Assembly (NCBI GenBank): GCA_965262615.1
Contig: OZ253545.1
Location: 736,001-800,000 of the forward strand
Origin: Alphaproteobacteria bacterium
GTDB lineage: Bacteria; Pseudomonadota; Alphaproteobacteria; GM7ARS4; G965262615
Direction of reading: 5' to 3'
DNA length: 64,000 nt
Each line of letters begins with the position of its first letter. Positions within the stretch are counted from its first letter, which is position 1. The position numbers were made by a program, and so were the translations under genes. Below, piece after piece: positions 19,093-28,731 of the stretch. A model generated the notes under the pieces. It saw only the letters and a list, made by a program, of their open reading frames with translations, did not search any database and was not told the DNA's origin.

Positions 19093-20058
19093 TTGTTTGC
19101 CGTCATACTCCATGCGCGACCAATAGATGAGGGCGGGAATACCAATAATCAGATGACGGCAACGGCGAATGAGAGATGCCGCAAGGGCAATCTCAGGAGC
19201 AAGCCCCAAGCCACTGCCAATCAAAATAAAGCTGCCCTCTTGCACGCCAATGCCGGCAGGAACAAAGAAGGTGACGCTCTTGATGGCTTGTCCCAAGCCC
19301 TCCATGAGAATGGCTTCCGAATAGGAGATGGGCGCGCCCATCACATAGAAAATAATCCATATCTCCAGACTGCCCGCCAGCCAGCCCAGACAATGCCAGC
19401 CCGTGCTGGTGAGACTTTTGCGCATGTCGCCGTAGAGGGTCATCAGAGAATCGTGCAAATCAATGGTGGTGTCAAATTTGGAGAGCAGCAGATTTTCAAT
19501 AAAGCGAAAAATGCCCAACTTTTGCATGATGAGAAACGCACAAGTCAAAATAACCAGCACAATGCCGCCACCAATCGCACTTTGCAGCATGTCGGGATCA
19601 TTGAGTCCGTTGGCAATGTCCACCGCCAATAAAATGGCAACGATGGAAAATGGAATGAGTGCCGCCGCCTCCGTGGTGATGTCACCAATGGTGATGATGG
19701 AGGCATCTTTGGTGCTCACCTTGCCCAGAACCAACACGCGCGCCCCCACCGCATCGCCTCCCAGTTGCATCAGGGGCAGTAGATTTTTTGCCGCCTCTCT
19801 AATCCAACGAGCGCGATAAAACAACACAAAAGATGGAGGATGAGACAACAAAACACGCCACCCTTGGGTGGAAAAAACCATCGGAAAGAACAGATGCGCC
19901 GCCACAACATACAACAGACCGTGCCAACCCACCGTCAGAAAGGCTTGATACAGCTTGGCGGAGTCTTGTTGCAAGGTCAGCCACACAAAAAGGGCAATGC
20001 CCAAAAGCAGTGTGATTGATGTCACAATCGGTTGCCATTTGCTTTTTTTTTGCGTCAT
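19087..20058 (-). CDS. HpnL/UPF0104 (LPG-synthase TM, flippase-like) membrane protein
   Basis: RWIREAAKNLLP..QLGGD, VPAGIGVQEG, SLIRR; about 8 TM segments. Confidence 0.78.
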   Translation of the reverse strand: MTQKKSKWQPIVTSITLLLGIALFVWLTLQQDSAKLYQAFLTVGWHGLLYVVAAHLFFPMVFSTQGWRVLLSHPPSFVLFYRARWIREAAKNLLPLMQLGGDAVGARVLVLGKVSTKDASIITIGDITTEAAALIPFSIVAILLAVDIANGLNDPDMLQSAIGGGIVLVILTCAFLIMQKLGIFRFIENLLLSKFDTTIDLHDSLMTLYGDMRKSLTSTGWHCLGWLAGSLEIWIIFYVMGAPISYSEAILMEGLGQAIKSVTFFVPAGIGVQEGSFILIGSGLGLAPEIALAASLIRRCRHLIIGIPALIYWSRMEYDGKQS

Positions 20059-20144
20059 GTCGTCTTCGTGAGTTTTATTTTATGTGTGCTCTTGTGCTAC
20101 TTTTGTGCTAAACATCCTAACACGGGATGTGAAGGATTTGTATC

Positions 20145-21398
20145 ATGTATGAGCAGAATGTGGAATTGTTATCTGAGTCATCGGCGGGTCATTCGTTCGT
20201 TGACAAGAAACAGTATAGAGACAATTGTGCGTCATTACAATTGCCTCTTGAGGCTCTCGCCGCCACCCTTGAGGGACGCAATCAGCATCCGTTTATCCTC
20301 TTGCCCAATGAGGCGCAATTGAAGGAGATGCGGCGGGTGTCTGAGTATGTGCGTCAGCGATTCAAGCGGCTGGTGTTGGTGGGATTGGGAGCGGCATCAT
20401 CGTGCGGCATGGCGTTGGCGGCGTTTGGCAATAAGAGGGGAATTGATGTGGAAGTCATTGACAATGTGGATCGCGACAGCATCACCGCACGGCTGGCACA
20501 ATGGAATAATGAGGGGAATCATAATGAGACCGCCTATTTGCTGGTGTCTCGGTCGGGAGAGACGCAAGAGACTTTGGAACTTGCCAAATTTTTGCATCAG
20601 CACCATAAAAATTCGGGTGGCAGTGATGATGACACACCGTTTTTTGGTTTGTGTGGTGAGATGAACAGTTCGCTGGCTTCCTTTTGTCGGGATATCGGCG
20701 TGCGCTGCGTGTTTTTTGATTCTGCCGTGAGCGGTCGCTTCAGCATTGTGCATGAGGTGGGTTTGGTGCCGGCGATGGTGGCGGGATGTGATGGCACGGC
20801 TTTGCTGGCGGGGGCATCGTCACTGTTGCAATCAATTGCCAAAGGCGTTGCACCTCATGATTTTGCCCCATCGGCGGCAGCCGCTTTGATGGCTGCACAC
20901 ATAAAGAACGAGCGCACCATTCATGTCTTGCTGAGTTATGGCGATGTGTGTGGTGGACTCACGCGCTGGCTCATGCAGTTATACGGCGAATCTCTGGGCA
21001 AGAATGGCACAGGCATGACACCCATTGCGTGTCGTGGCACCAGCGATGAACACAGTCAGTTGCAGTTGTGGTGCGATGGACCTCAAGACAAGGTGTTCAC
21101 GATTTTGGCGCGCGCCTATGGTGATGTGATGGGTGAGCGGCATGCACTGGATACGATGTTAGATGCTCATTGGCGCGCGGTGCGCGATGAATTGACGGCG
21201 CAAAACAATCCATTGCGTCTTCTCACATGGTCGCACATGGATGATGAAACGCTGGGGGCGTTGGTGATGCATTGCATGTTGGAGGTTTATTTTCTTGCCT
21301 GTTTGTTGCAAGTGAATGCGTTTGATGAGCCTGCGGTGCGGGCGGTCAAGGAGCGGGTGGTGCGGTTTTACGATGATGCAAAAATGGAGGCTTCATAG
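20145..21398 (+). CDS. pgi: Glucose-6-phosphate isomerase (divergent)
   Basis: VSRSGETQET, SGRFS, QLYGESLGK, GTSDEHSQLQL, NAFDEPAV. Confidence 0.85.
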   Translation: MYEQNVELLSESSAGHSFVDKKQYRDNCASLQLPLEALAATLEGRNQHPFILLPNEAQLKEMRRVSEYVRQRFKRLVLVGLGAASSCGMALAAFGNKRGIDVEVIDNVDRDSITARLAQWNNEGNHNETAYLLVSRSGETQETLELAKFLHQHHKNSGGSDDDTPFFGLCGEMNSSLASFCRDIGVRCVFFDSAVSGRFSIVHEVGLVPAMVAGCDGTALLAGASSLLQSIAKGVAPHDFAPSAAAALMAAHIKNERTIHVLLSYGDVCGGLTRWLMQLYGESLGKNGTGMTPIACRGTSDEHSQLQLWCDGPQDKVFTILARAYGDVMGERHALDTMLDAHWRAVRDELTAQNNPLRLLTWSHMDDETLGALVMHCMLEVYFLACLLQVNAFDEPAVRAVKERVVRFYDDAKMEAS

Positions 21399-21399
21399 C

Positions 21400-23202
21400 A
21401 TGGCAATTCGGGCGTTATCGGATCGGGTGATTAGTTTGATTGCGGCGGGGGAGGTGATTGTGCGTCCTGCCTCAGCCATGCGAGAATTGGTGGAGAACAG
21501 TCTGGATGCGTCGGCAACGCGTGTGGCGGTGCGCATTGAGGGTGGCGGAGCGTCTCTCATTGAGGTGGAAGATGATGGCACGGGCATTGTTGCCGATGAA
21601 TTGGCGTTGGCGGTGGCGCGCCATGCCACATCCAAGCTGCGAGATGATGACATTGAATCCATTGCCACAATGGGATTTCGCGGCGAAGCACTGGCGGCAA
21701 TGGGCGCGGTGTCCCATTTGACTGTTGCCTCGCGCGCCAAAGACAGTGAGCACGGAGCATCCATCAGCGTCAATTATGGCAAGAGTGAAGAGATGCGTCC
21801 GTTGGCGATGGCGCAGGGGACAAAGGTGTCATTGCAAGATTTATTTGCCAAAGTGCCTGCGCGTCTCAAATTTTTGAAAAAGCCGCAGACAGAAAACGGA
21901 CACCATCTGGATGCCTTGCAACGCTTGGCGATTGCCTTTCCCGATGTGGTTTTTTCCCTGCATTTTGACGGCAAGCAGAAACTGATGCTGCCCGCCAGTG
22001 ATGTGGCGGCACGGGTGCGTGAGATTCTGGGCGAGGAATTGATGGACAACAGTCTTTTGTGTGAGGGCGGTCGTGATCATAGCCATGTGAAGGGGTATGC
22101 GTCTTTGCCGACATATTCGGCGGCGAGCAGTTCGTTGTTGTATTGTTATGTGAATCGCCGTCCTGTGCGGGATCGGCTGGTGACGGCGGCGGTGCGCGCG
22201 GCCTATGGCGATAGTCTGCCGCGCGGCCGCCATCCGATGGGCGTGCTCTTTCTTTCCATTGCGTCGGAGTGGGTGGATATGAATGTGCATCCCACCAAGG
22301 CGGAGGTGCGTTTTCGCGATCCCTATGGGGTGCGCACACTGATTGTTCACACCATTCGTGATGCCATCGGACGCGGCGGGGCGCGCGTGGCATCGTCTGT
22401 TCATGAGCGCGCCGCCGCCATCGTCCATAAGACCAAAGCAACACCACCACCGATGCCTGCAAGTATGCCTGCAAGGCGTTCCTCACAACCAATGGACGAG
22501 ACACCGTCATTGCCTCTGGTGATGTCATCGCAGCCATCGCCGCCGTCATCTCCGCCTGCCGATTTTGCCGCATCGCCACAGGAGACCACTCCTTTGACGC
22601 AGTCGCCGTTGGGGGACGCGGTGGCACAAATTCATGACATGTACATCGTGGCACAAACGGCGCGCGGCATGGTGCTGGTGGATCAGCATGCCGCCCATGA
22701 GCGTATTGTGTATGAAAAACTCAAACAACAATGGCGGGCGGGAGAGGTGACTTCGTATGCTTTGCTGGTGCCGGTTGTTGTTCATATGGCACGCGCCGAA
22801 CAGATGGCGGTGCTGCAAGCCAAAGAAATGCTGTTCAAGTGGGGATTTGCGGTGGATGAATTTGGCAAGGAAGCCATCACCGTGCGCACCGTGCCTCAGC
22901 TATTGAAAGATGTTGCCATTGAAAAGCTCATCAAAGAACTGGCGCAATGCCTGCTACCAAACGGCAGTGATGACGAAAAACAGCGAGCCGAGGAACAAAT
23001 TGAGCGGACGCAAGAGGCGGTTCTTTCATTGGTGGCGTGTCATGGTTCGGTGCGTGCGGGGAGAGTCATGAACAAAAGCGAGATGAATGCCCTGTTGCGC
23101 TCCATTGAACAGACACCATTGGCGGGGCAATGCAATCACGGCCGCCCTGTGTATGTGGAATTCAGCAGCCAACAGTTGGGACGCTTTTTTGACCGTCACT
23201 GA
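21400..23202 (+). CDS. mutL: DNA mismatch repair protein MutL
   Basis: IAAGEVI.RPAS..ELVENSLDA, GFRGEAL, DQHAAHER, ACH, CNHGRP. Confidence 0.98.
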   Translation: MAIRALSDRVISLIAAGEVIVRPASAMRELVENSLDASATRVAVRIEGGGASLIEVEDDGTGIVADELALAVARHATSKLRDDDIESIATMGFRGEALAAMGAVSHLTVASRAKDSEHGASISVNYGKSEEMRPLAMAQGTKVSLQDLFAKVPARLKFLKKPQTENGHHLDALQRLAIAFPDVVFSLHFDGKQKLMLPASDVAARVREILGEELMDNSLLCEGGRDHSHVKGYASLPTYSAASSSLLYCYVNRRPVRDRLVTAAVRAAYGDSLPRGRHPMGVLFLSIASEWVDMNVHPTKAEVRFRDPYGVRTLIVHTIRDAIGRGGARVASSVHERAAAIVHKTKATPPPMPASMPARRSSQPMDETPSLPLVMSSQPSPPSSPPADFAASPQETTPLTQSPLGDAVAQIHDMYIVAQTARGMVLVDQHAAHERIVYEKLKQQWRAGEVTSYALLVPVVVHMARAEQMAVLQAKEMLFKWGFAVDEFGKEAITVRTVPQLLKDVAIEKLIKELAQCLLPNGSDDEKQRAEEQIERTQEAVLSLVACHGSVRAGRVMNKSEMNALLRSIEQTPLAGQCNHGRPVYVEFSSQQLGRFFDRH

Positions 23203-23473
23203 ATTGGTGCTTTGAATTGGTGCTTTGAATTGATGCTTTGAATTGATGCTTTGAATTGGTGCTTTGAATTGATGCTTTGAATTGGTGCTTTGAATTGGTG
23301 CTTTGAATTGGTGCTTTGAATTGATGCTTTGAATTGATGCTTTGAATTGGTGCTTTGAATTGATGCTTTGAATTGGTGCTTTGAATTGATGCTTTGAATT
23401 GGTGCTTTGAATTGGTGCTTTGAATTGGTGCTTTGAATTGATGCTTTGAATTGGTGCTTTGAATTGATGCTTT
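23201..23473. repeat. Tandem array of 21 x 13-bp units GAATTG(G/A)TGCTTT
   Basis: Counted by eye; variant order GGAAGAG GGAAGAG AGGGAGA (12 G, 9 A); no spacers. Confidence 0.97.
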
Positions 23474-23541
23474 TAATAACCATTCTCAATTTGTTAAATT
23501 GTTAAAAAATCTCTTGACCTCATCTTTAAGAGCCATACAAT
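23474..23541 (+). promoter_or_regulatory. xoxF promoter region: Fur-box-like site, TTGTTAAA x2 direct repeat, TTGACC-16-TACAAT
   Basis: TAATAACCATTCTCAATT 23474-23491; repeat 23491-23506; -35 at 23514, -10 at 23536. Confidence 0.55.
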
Positions 23542-23648
23542 GCATTCATGGGTGATGGTTCCTTTCTGTCACTCTACATCATCGGATTCCGTGAGTGTGG
23601 CTTTGCTGTGTGAATGGTTTCCGATCAACCCAAGAAGGAGGTATTAGC

Positions 23649-25499
23649 ATGAAATATGCTATCCGTAGTCTTCTGAGTCTGGTTGCTTTGTCTTTCGTTG
23701 TGACATCTGCTCATGCGAATGACTGGTTGTTGGACAATCAGAAAGACCCTAAACAGTGGGTTATGCCGACAGGCAATTATGACGCGCATCGCTTTTCTCG
23801 GTTGACACAAATCAACCGCGGGAATGTGCATCGTCTGAAAATGGCCTGGAACTTCTCAACGGGCGTTCTTCGTGGTCACGAAGGCGGACCTTTGGTGGTG
23901 GACAATATGATGTATATTCATACGCCCATCCCCAATAAAGTGTTCGCTTTGGACCTTGATGAAGATGCGCGCATCGTTTGGGAGTACAATCCCGTCAAGG
24001 GCGGCAGATACCCCAGTGGAGACACTGAAGAGCGCGTGATTTCGGTCATGTGCTGTGATAATGTCAACAGAGGTGTTGCGTACACCGAAGGCGAAGGTGC
24101 TGGTGACGGTACTGTCTTCTTGCACGCTGCCGACACCACTTTGATTGCTTTGGATGCTGAAGATGGCGAAGTCAAATGGCAAGTCACCAACATGGATCCA
24201 GGAACAGGCAATCGTGGTGTGTCCGCCTCTACCGGCACAGGTGTCCCGTTCATCATCAAAGATAAAGTTGGCATTGGTTGCTCTGGCGCTGAATTCGGCG
24301 TCCGTTGTAGCTGGACCATGTATCGCATGTCCGATGGATCGCGCGTGTGGCGCGCCTATTCCATGGGTCCCGATGATGATATCCTGGTGGATCCCAATCG
24401 CACCACTCACATGCTGCAACCCGTCGGTCGTGACTCCAGCGTTAACAGCTGGAAAGGCGATCAGTGGGAAATCGGCGGTGGCTCCATCTGGGGCTGGTAT
24501 GCATGGGATCCTCGCGTGGATCTGCTCTACTACGGCACAGGTAACCCCAGCACATGGAATCCTGTTGTCCGTCCAGGAGACAACCGTTGGTCTATGACCA
24601 TCATGGCGCGCAATCCTGACACAGGTGTCGCCAAGTGGTTCTATCAAATGACCCCCCATGATGAGTGGGATTATGACGGTGTCAATGAGATGATTCTCGC
24701 CGACATTCCTGTCAAAGGGCGCAAGCGTCATGCCTTGGTTCACTTCGATCGCAATGGCTTCGCTTACACCATGGACAGAGTCACAGGTGAACTGCTCATC
24801 GCGGAAAAATATGATCCTGCCGTCAACTGGGCGACCCATGTCGATATGAAGACTGGACGTCCTCAAGTGGTGGATGCATATTCCACGCATCACAATGGTG
24901 AAGATGTCAATACAACTGACATCTGTCCCGCCGCGCTCGGTACGAAAGACCAGCAACCCGCCAGCTTCTCGCCGAAGTCTGGGTTGTTCTATGTGCCGAC
25001 CAATCATGTCTGCATGGACTATGAACCGGTGGGTAATCCTGTCTACACGGCAGGGAATGCCTATGTGAATGCAGTCTTGAGCATGTATCCGGCACCAGGT
25101 GGTACTCACTTGGGTCGATTCGTCGCTTGGGATGCGGGAACTGGACAAGAAGTATGGGGCATTGACGAACCCTTCTCAGTGTGGTCTGGCGCTTTGTCAA
25201 CCGCTGGAGATGTGGTCTTCTACGGAACGCTTGAGGGTTACTTCAAAGCGGTCGATGCTCGTAACGGCGATGAACTCTATAGGTTCAAAACCGCGTCCGG
25301 TATCATCGGCAATGTGCATACATGGATGCATGACGACAAGCAATACATCGGCATCTTTTCGGGTGTTGGTGGCTGGGCTGGAATCGGCCTTGCCGCTGGA
25401 CTCACCGATCCGAGTGCTGGTCTCGGTGCTGTCGGGGCTTACCAAAGTCTGCACAACTACACCAAACTTGGTGGTGTCCTGAATGTCTTCTCTCTCTAA
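23649..25499 (+). CDS. xoxF: Lanthanide-dependent PQQ methanol dehydrogenase XoxF (XoxF5-like)
   Basis: Signal peptide; GVLRGHEG, vicinal [13 protein letters not shown] with the extra Ln-ligand Asp, [12 protein letters not shown]; AGGAGG RBS. Confidence 0.96.
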   Translation: MKYAIRSLLSLVALSFVVTSAHANDWLLDNQKDPKQWVMPTGNYDAHRFSRLTQINRGNVHRLKMAWNFSTGVLRGHEGGPLVVDNMMYIHTPIPNKVFALDLDEDARIVWEYNPVKGGRYPSGDTEERVISVMCCDNVNRGVAYTEGEGAGDGTVFLHAADTTLIALDAEDGEVKWQVTNMDPGTGNRGVSASTGTGVPFIIKDKVGIGCSGAEFGVRCSWTMYRMSDGSRVWRAYSMGPDDDILVDPNRTTHMLQPVGRDSSVNSWKGDQWEIGGGSIWGWYAWDPRVDLLYYGTGNPSTWNPVVRPGDNRWSMTIMARNPDTGVAKWFYQMTPHDEWDYDGVNEMILADIPVKGRKRHALVHFDRNGFAYTMDRVTGELLIAEKYDPAVNWATHVDMKTGRPQVVDAYSTHHNGEDVNTTDICPAALGTKDQQPASFSPKSGLFYVPTNHVCMDYEPVGNPVYTAGNAYVNAVLSMYPAPGGTHLGRFVAWDAGTGQEVWGIDEPFSVWSGALSTAGDVVFYGTLEGYFKAVDARNGDELYRFKTASGIIGNVHTWMHDDKQYIGIFSGVGGWAGIGLAAGLTDPSAGLGAVGAYQSLHNYTKLGGVLNVFSL

Positions 25500-25515
25500 G
25501 AGGGGATTATGGGAA

Positions 25516-25552
25516 GAGTGGGGCTCGAAGTTAACGCTTCGAGCCCCCACTC
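25516..25552 (+). terminator. Intergenic GC-rich hairpin (terminator or mRNA stabiliser) between xoxF and xoxG
   Basis: GAGTGGGGCTCGAAG-TTAACG-CTTCGAGCCCCCACTC; no U tract. Confidence 0.65.
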
Positions 25553-25571
25553 ACATCAAAGGAGATCAATT

Positions 25572-26270
25572 ATGATGAAAAATTTTATGAGAACAGCAAC
25601 CCGTTTGAGTGCCCAATTGGGTGTATTGTGTGCCTTCCTCTTTGTGAATCCTTTGCTGGCGCAAGAACAGAAGGTGCTTGAACCGGAATTTGATGCCAAC
25701 GGCAACCCCATTCCTGTGACCATTGACATTGAGTATGATAGCAAAAATCGTCCCGTTGGTCTTCCCGCTGTGGAGCCACAATACAATGATGAGGAGGGAG
25801 ATCCCGCCTATTACTATGTCATCAATGGAAATCCTCCTGGAGAGCCTCCCGATTATGAAGGTATGGAACTCAAGGATGTGCTTTATTTTGTTGATCCCAA
25901 AGCCAAGACTGTGGAAGAGCGAGAACCCATCTCCGGATGGATGGATTTTGCCACCTACGACGGCTGGCGGCGTTATCATGAGTCGTGTCATGTGTGTCAT
26001 GGTCCCGATGGCATGGGGAGCACTTATGCGCCCGCCATCACTGAGAGCATGAAGACGATGAACTGGGAGTATTTTGCCAATGTGGTCATCAATGGTCGTG
26101 GACGCGCTGAGGGGGCGGCGGCGGGAAATGTCATGCCGGCATTTGGCGAGGATGGCAATGTCGCGCCCTATGTGGAGGATCTCTATCGCTATTTGAAAAT
26201 GCGCGCCGATGGCAAGGTGCGGCGTGGTGTACGCATGCCGCGGCTGCCCAAATACAAAGAGCCCAGCTAA
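25572..26270 (+). CDS. xoxG: c-type cytochrome XoxG (electron acceptor for XoxF)
   Basis: Signal peptide; GWRRYHESCHVCHGPDG.GSTYAP, VMPAFG; operon position. Confidence 0.9.
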   Translation: MMKNFMRTATRLSAQLGVLCAFLFVNPLLAQEQKVLEPEFDANGNPIPVTIDIEYDSKNRPVGLPAVEPQYNDEEGDPAYYYVINGNPPGEPPDYEGMELKDVLYFVDPKAKTVEEREPISGWMDFATYDGWRRYHESCHVCHGPDGMGSTYAPAITESMKTMNWEYFANVVINGRGRAEGAAAGNVMPAFGEDGNVAPYVEDLYRYLKMRADGKVRRGVRMPRLPKYKEPS

Positions 26271-26291
26271 GCCAGACTTCATCAAGGTGAG

Positions 26292-27113
26292 ATGATGCGT
26301 TGTCTTGGATTCCTTGTTTGCTTCGTGGGGATGCTGTGGAGCACGCAGATTCATGCGCGTGCCACCTCTATTCAGGCGGTGGATGCCGAGACTTTGCGCG
26401 TCTGTGCTGACCCCGCCAACATGCCCTTTTCCAACAAGGAGCAAGAAGGCTTTGAAAATGACATCGCTCGCTTGCTGGCACAATGGCTGAAGAAAGACCT
26501 CTCCTATGATTGGTTTCCTCAAGCCATTGGCTATGTGCGCAACACTCTGAACAAGAAACGCTGCGATGTTTTTATCGGCATGCCCACGGGCAGTGATTTG
26601 GTTCTCAACACCAATCCTTATTATCGCTGGGGGTATAGCATGGTGTATCGCAGTGATGCGGGCATTGAGGTGGATCGCCCTGACCATCCGCAGCTGGCGG
26701 AATTGCGGATTGGCGCAGTGGCGGGAACGCCGCCCAACTATGTGCTGCACCTGCACAACTTGATGGGACGGGTGCGTCCTTACAAATTGATTTTTGACAC
26801 CCGTCTGCGCTCCATTGCTCATGAGATGGTTTTGGATTTGAAAAATGGCTTTGTGGATATTTTATTCATGGCGGATATTTTGGCTGCCCATTATGCTCGT
26901 GAGGAGGGACTGGACATCACCATGATTCCCATCACCAGCACGGAGCAAAATGATTATGGCAAGGTGGAATTTTTGATGGCGATGGGGGTGCGTCACGGCG
27001 AGAATGATTGGAAGCGGTTGCTCAACAGTTTTTTGCGTGAGGAAAAAGATGCCATTGGTGCCATTTTGCAAAAGCACCAAATTCCCGTGCGTCCCGTTCG
27101 CCCAGCGCGCTAA
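26292..27113 (+). CDS. xoxJ: Periplasmic binding protein XoxJ/MxaJ-like
   Basis: LRVCADPANMPFSN..GFEN, YVRNTL..RCDV, MGVRHGE..WKR.LN. Confidence 0.9.
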   Translation: MMRCLGFLVCFVGMLWSTQIHARATSIQAVDAETLRVCADPANMPFSNKEQEGFENDIARLLAQWLKKDLSYDWFPQAIGYVRNTLNKKRCDVFIGMPTGSDLVLNTNPYYRWGYSMVYRSDAGIEVDRPDHPQLAELRIGAVAGTPPNYVLHLHNLMGRVRPYKLIFDTRLRSIAHEMVLDLKNGFVDILFMADILAAHYAREEGLDITMIPITSTEQNDYGKVEFLMAMGVRHGENDWKRLLNSFLREEKDAIGAILQKHQIPVRPVRPAR

Positions 27114-27114
27114 T

Positions 27115-28047
27115 CTATTTGCGGGTGAGCTGGCGAAAAATATCTTCTAAATCTGATTGGCGGGTTGTGATGTCACGAATGACAATGCCGCTCGCACGGC
27201 AGGCATCCAGCAGAGGCGCAACGGAGGTCTCCCGACTGGCATAGGGAATGCGGATGTGAAAATCATCGGTGCGCTCGCCTCCCAGTTGGTGCAGTTGCTG
27301 GCTGATATCGCTGATTTTTTGCTCGCTGGTGATGATGAGTTCTTTTTGGTCAATGCGCGCCAACAGGTTGGCTTTGGCATCACAGGCGATGACTTTGCCC
27401 TTGTCAATGATGGCGATGGTGTCGCAGAGCTCTTCGGCTTCCTCCAGATAGTGGGTGGTGAGAATGATGGTGGTGCCTTGACTGTTGAGCTCACGCACCC
27501 GCTCCCACAATTTTTGCCGCAATTCAATGTCCACGCCGGCGGTGGGTTCATCCAGCACGAGGATGGGCGGCTGATGCACCATGGCTTTGGCAATCATCAG
27601 CCGCCGCCGCATTCCGCCTGACAGACTGCGCGGGTAGGAATCTGCCTTATCTCTCAATTCCAGCATCGTGAGCAATTCATCGGTGTGGCGATTTTTTTTG
27701 GTGACACCATAGAGTCCCGCGTGCAGTTCCAAAATTTGACGGGGTGTGAAAAAGGGGTCTAGGTTCAATTCTTGTGGCACGATGCCGATGTGCATTTTGG
27801 CATTGCGATGATCCTCATCAATGTCAATATCCCAGATATGAATCTTGCCGCTGGTTTTGCGCACGAGTCCTGCCAGAATATTGATGAAGGTGGATTTGCC
27901 CGCCCCATTGGGACCCAGCAGAGCGAACAGGGAGCCGCGCGGGATGTCCAATTGCAATTGGTCAAGTGCCACAAAGGCGGATTTGCCCTTGCGATAGATT
28001 TTGCTCAACCGATGGGCACGCACCGCGATGTCTGGTGTTGGGGTCAT
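27115..28047 (-). CDS. ABC transporter ATP-binding protein (YadG-like)
   Basis: GPNGAGKST, LSGGMRRR, LDEPTAGVD. Confidence 0.93.
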   Translation of the reverse strand: MTPTPDIAVRAHRLSKIYRKGKSAFVALDQLQLDIPRGSLFALLGPNGAGKSTFINILAGLVRKTSGKIHIWDIDIDEDHRNAKMHIGIVPQELNLDPFFTPRQILELHAGLYGVTKKNRHTDELLTMLELRDKADSYPRSLSGGMRRRLMIAKAMVHQPPILVLDEPTAGVDIELRQKLWERVRELNSQGTTIILTTHYLEEAEELCDTIAIIDKGKVIACDAKANLLARIDQKELIITSEQKISDISQQLHQLGGERTDDFHIRIPYASRETSVAPLLDACRASGIVIRDITTRQSDLEDIFRQLTRK

Positions 28048-28421
28048 AGTTCACGCAATTGGGAGCGAATGGCTTTGAGCTGCCCAAGGATGGTGCTCAG
28101 TTCGTGCGCAATATCGGGCGTGGGATTTGCGGTGGGCGGCTTTGTTTCTTCTTGTGGCGCGGCGGCTTTGGGGGCTGGCTGTGTGTTCTCCTCGGTGAGG
28201 ATTTTTTGCGCGCCTTTGATGGTGTAGCCGTCTGTGTAGAGCAATTGTTTGATGCGCTGCAGCAGTTGCATCATGGCATCATCGTAGTAGCGTCTGTTGT
28301 CTCCTGGCTTGACGGGGACGAGCTGGTCAAATTGCGTCTCCCAGTAGCGCAGGACATGTTGCGGCAGTTCCAGTGTGGTGGCGGCTTCGCCGATGGTTTT
28401 GTAGTGTTTGTCGTCACTCAT
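28044..28421 (-). CDS. MerR-family transcriptional regulator
   Basis: TIGEAA..LELPQHVLRYWE, RRYY, GYTIKGA; follows the ihfA-like gene as in other alphaproteobacteria. Confidence 0.9.
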   Translation of the reverse strand: MSDDKHYKTIGEAATTLELPQHVLRYWETQFDQLVPVKPGDNRRYYDDAMMQLLQRIKQLLYTDGYTIKGAQKILTEENTQPAPKAAAPQEETKPPTANPTPDIAHELSTILGQLKAIRSQLREL

Positions 28422-28713
28422 GATGTGACCGTTTTTTCAATTGGCTGGAGGGGCGAAAACTGATGGTGCGCTTGGCGGGCACATAAATTTGCTCTCCCGT
28501 GGCGATACTGCGCGCCATGCGGGGTGCTTTGTGATAAATGGTGAAGCTGCCGAAATCACGAATTTTGACGCTGCGATGATGCGCCAGCTCGGAAGTGATG
28601 ATATCAAAGCAATCGCGCACCATGAGCTGACACAGATTTTTAGAAAGTCCCATGTGTTGATGCAACCGCTCGGCGATGATGTCACGGGTGAGGGTGTTTT
28701 GCGTTGGCTTCAT
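28414..28713 (-). CDS. ihfA: Integration host factor alpha-like protein (divergent)
   Basis: TLTR, VKIRDFGSF..K..R..R...TGE....ISFRPS..LK. Confidence 0.8.
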   Translation of the reverse strand: MKPTQNTLTRDIIAERLHQHMGLSKNLCQLMVRDCFDIITSELAHHRSVKIRDFGSFTIYHKAPRMARSIATGEQIYVPAKRTISFRPSSQLKKRSHHE

Positions 28714-28731
28714 GATTGCATTGTGTGGCGG

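Noticed and set aside
23201-23473. CRISPR array
   Set aside because: 13-bp units are contiguous with no spacers, and there are no cas genes in the window
23196-23489. 97-aa repeat ORF as a real CDS
   Set aside because: Openness follows from the stop-free repeat unit; TTG start and no clear RBS; kept only as a possibility in findings
23856-26822. Long antisense ORFs (430 aa, 418 aa) opposite xoxFGJ
   Set aside because: Shadow frames of strongly biased genes with no motifs; same for 3894-4913 and 51991-53190
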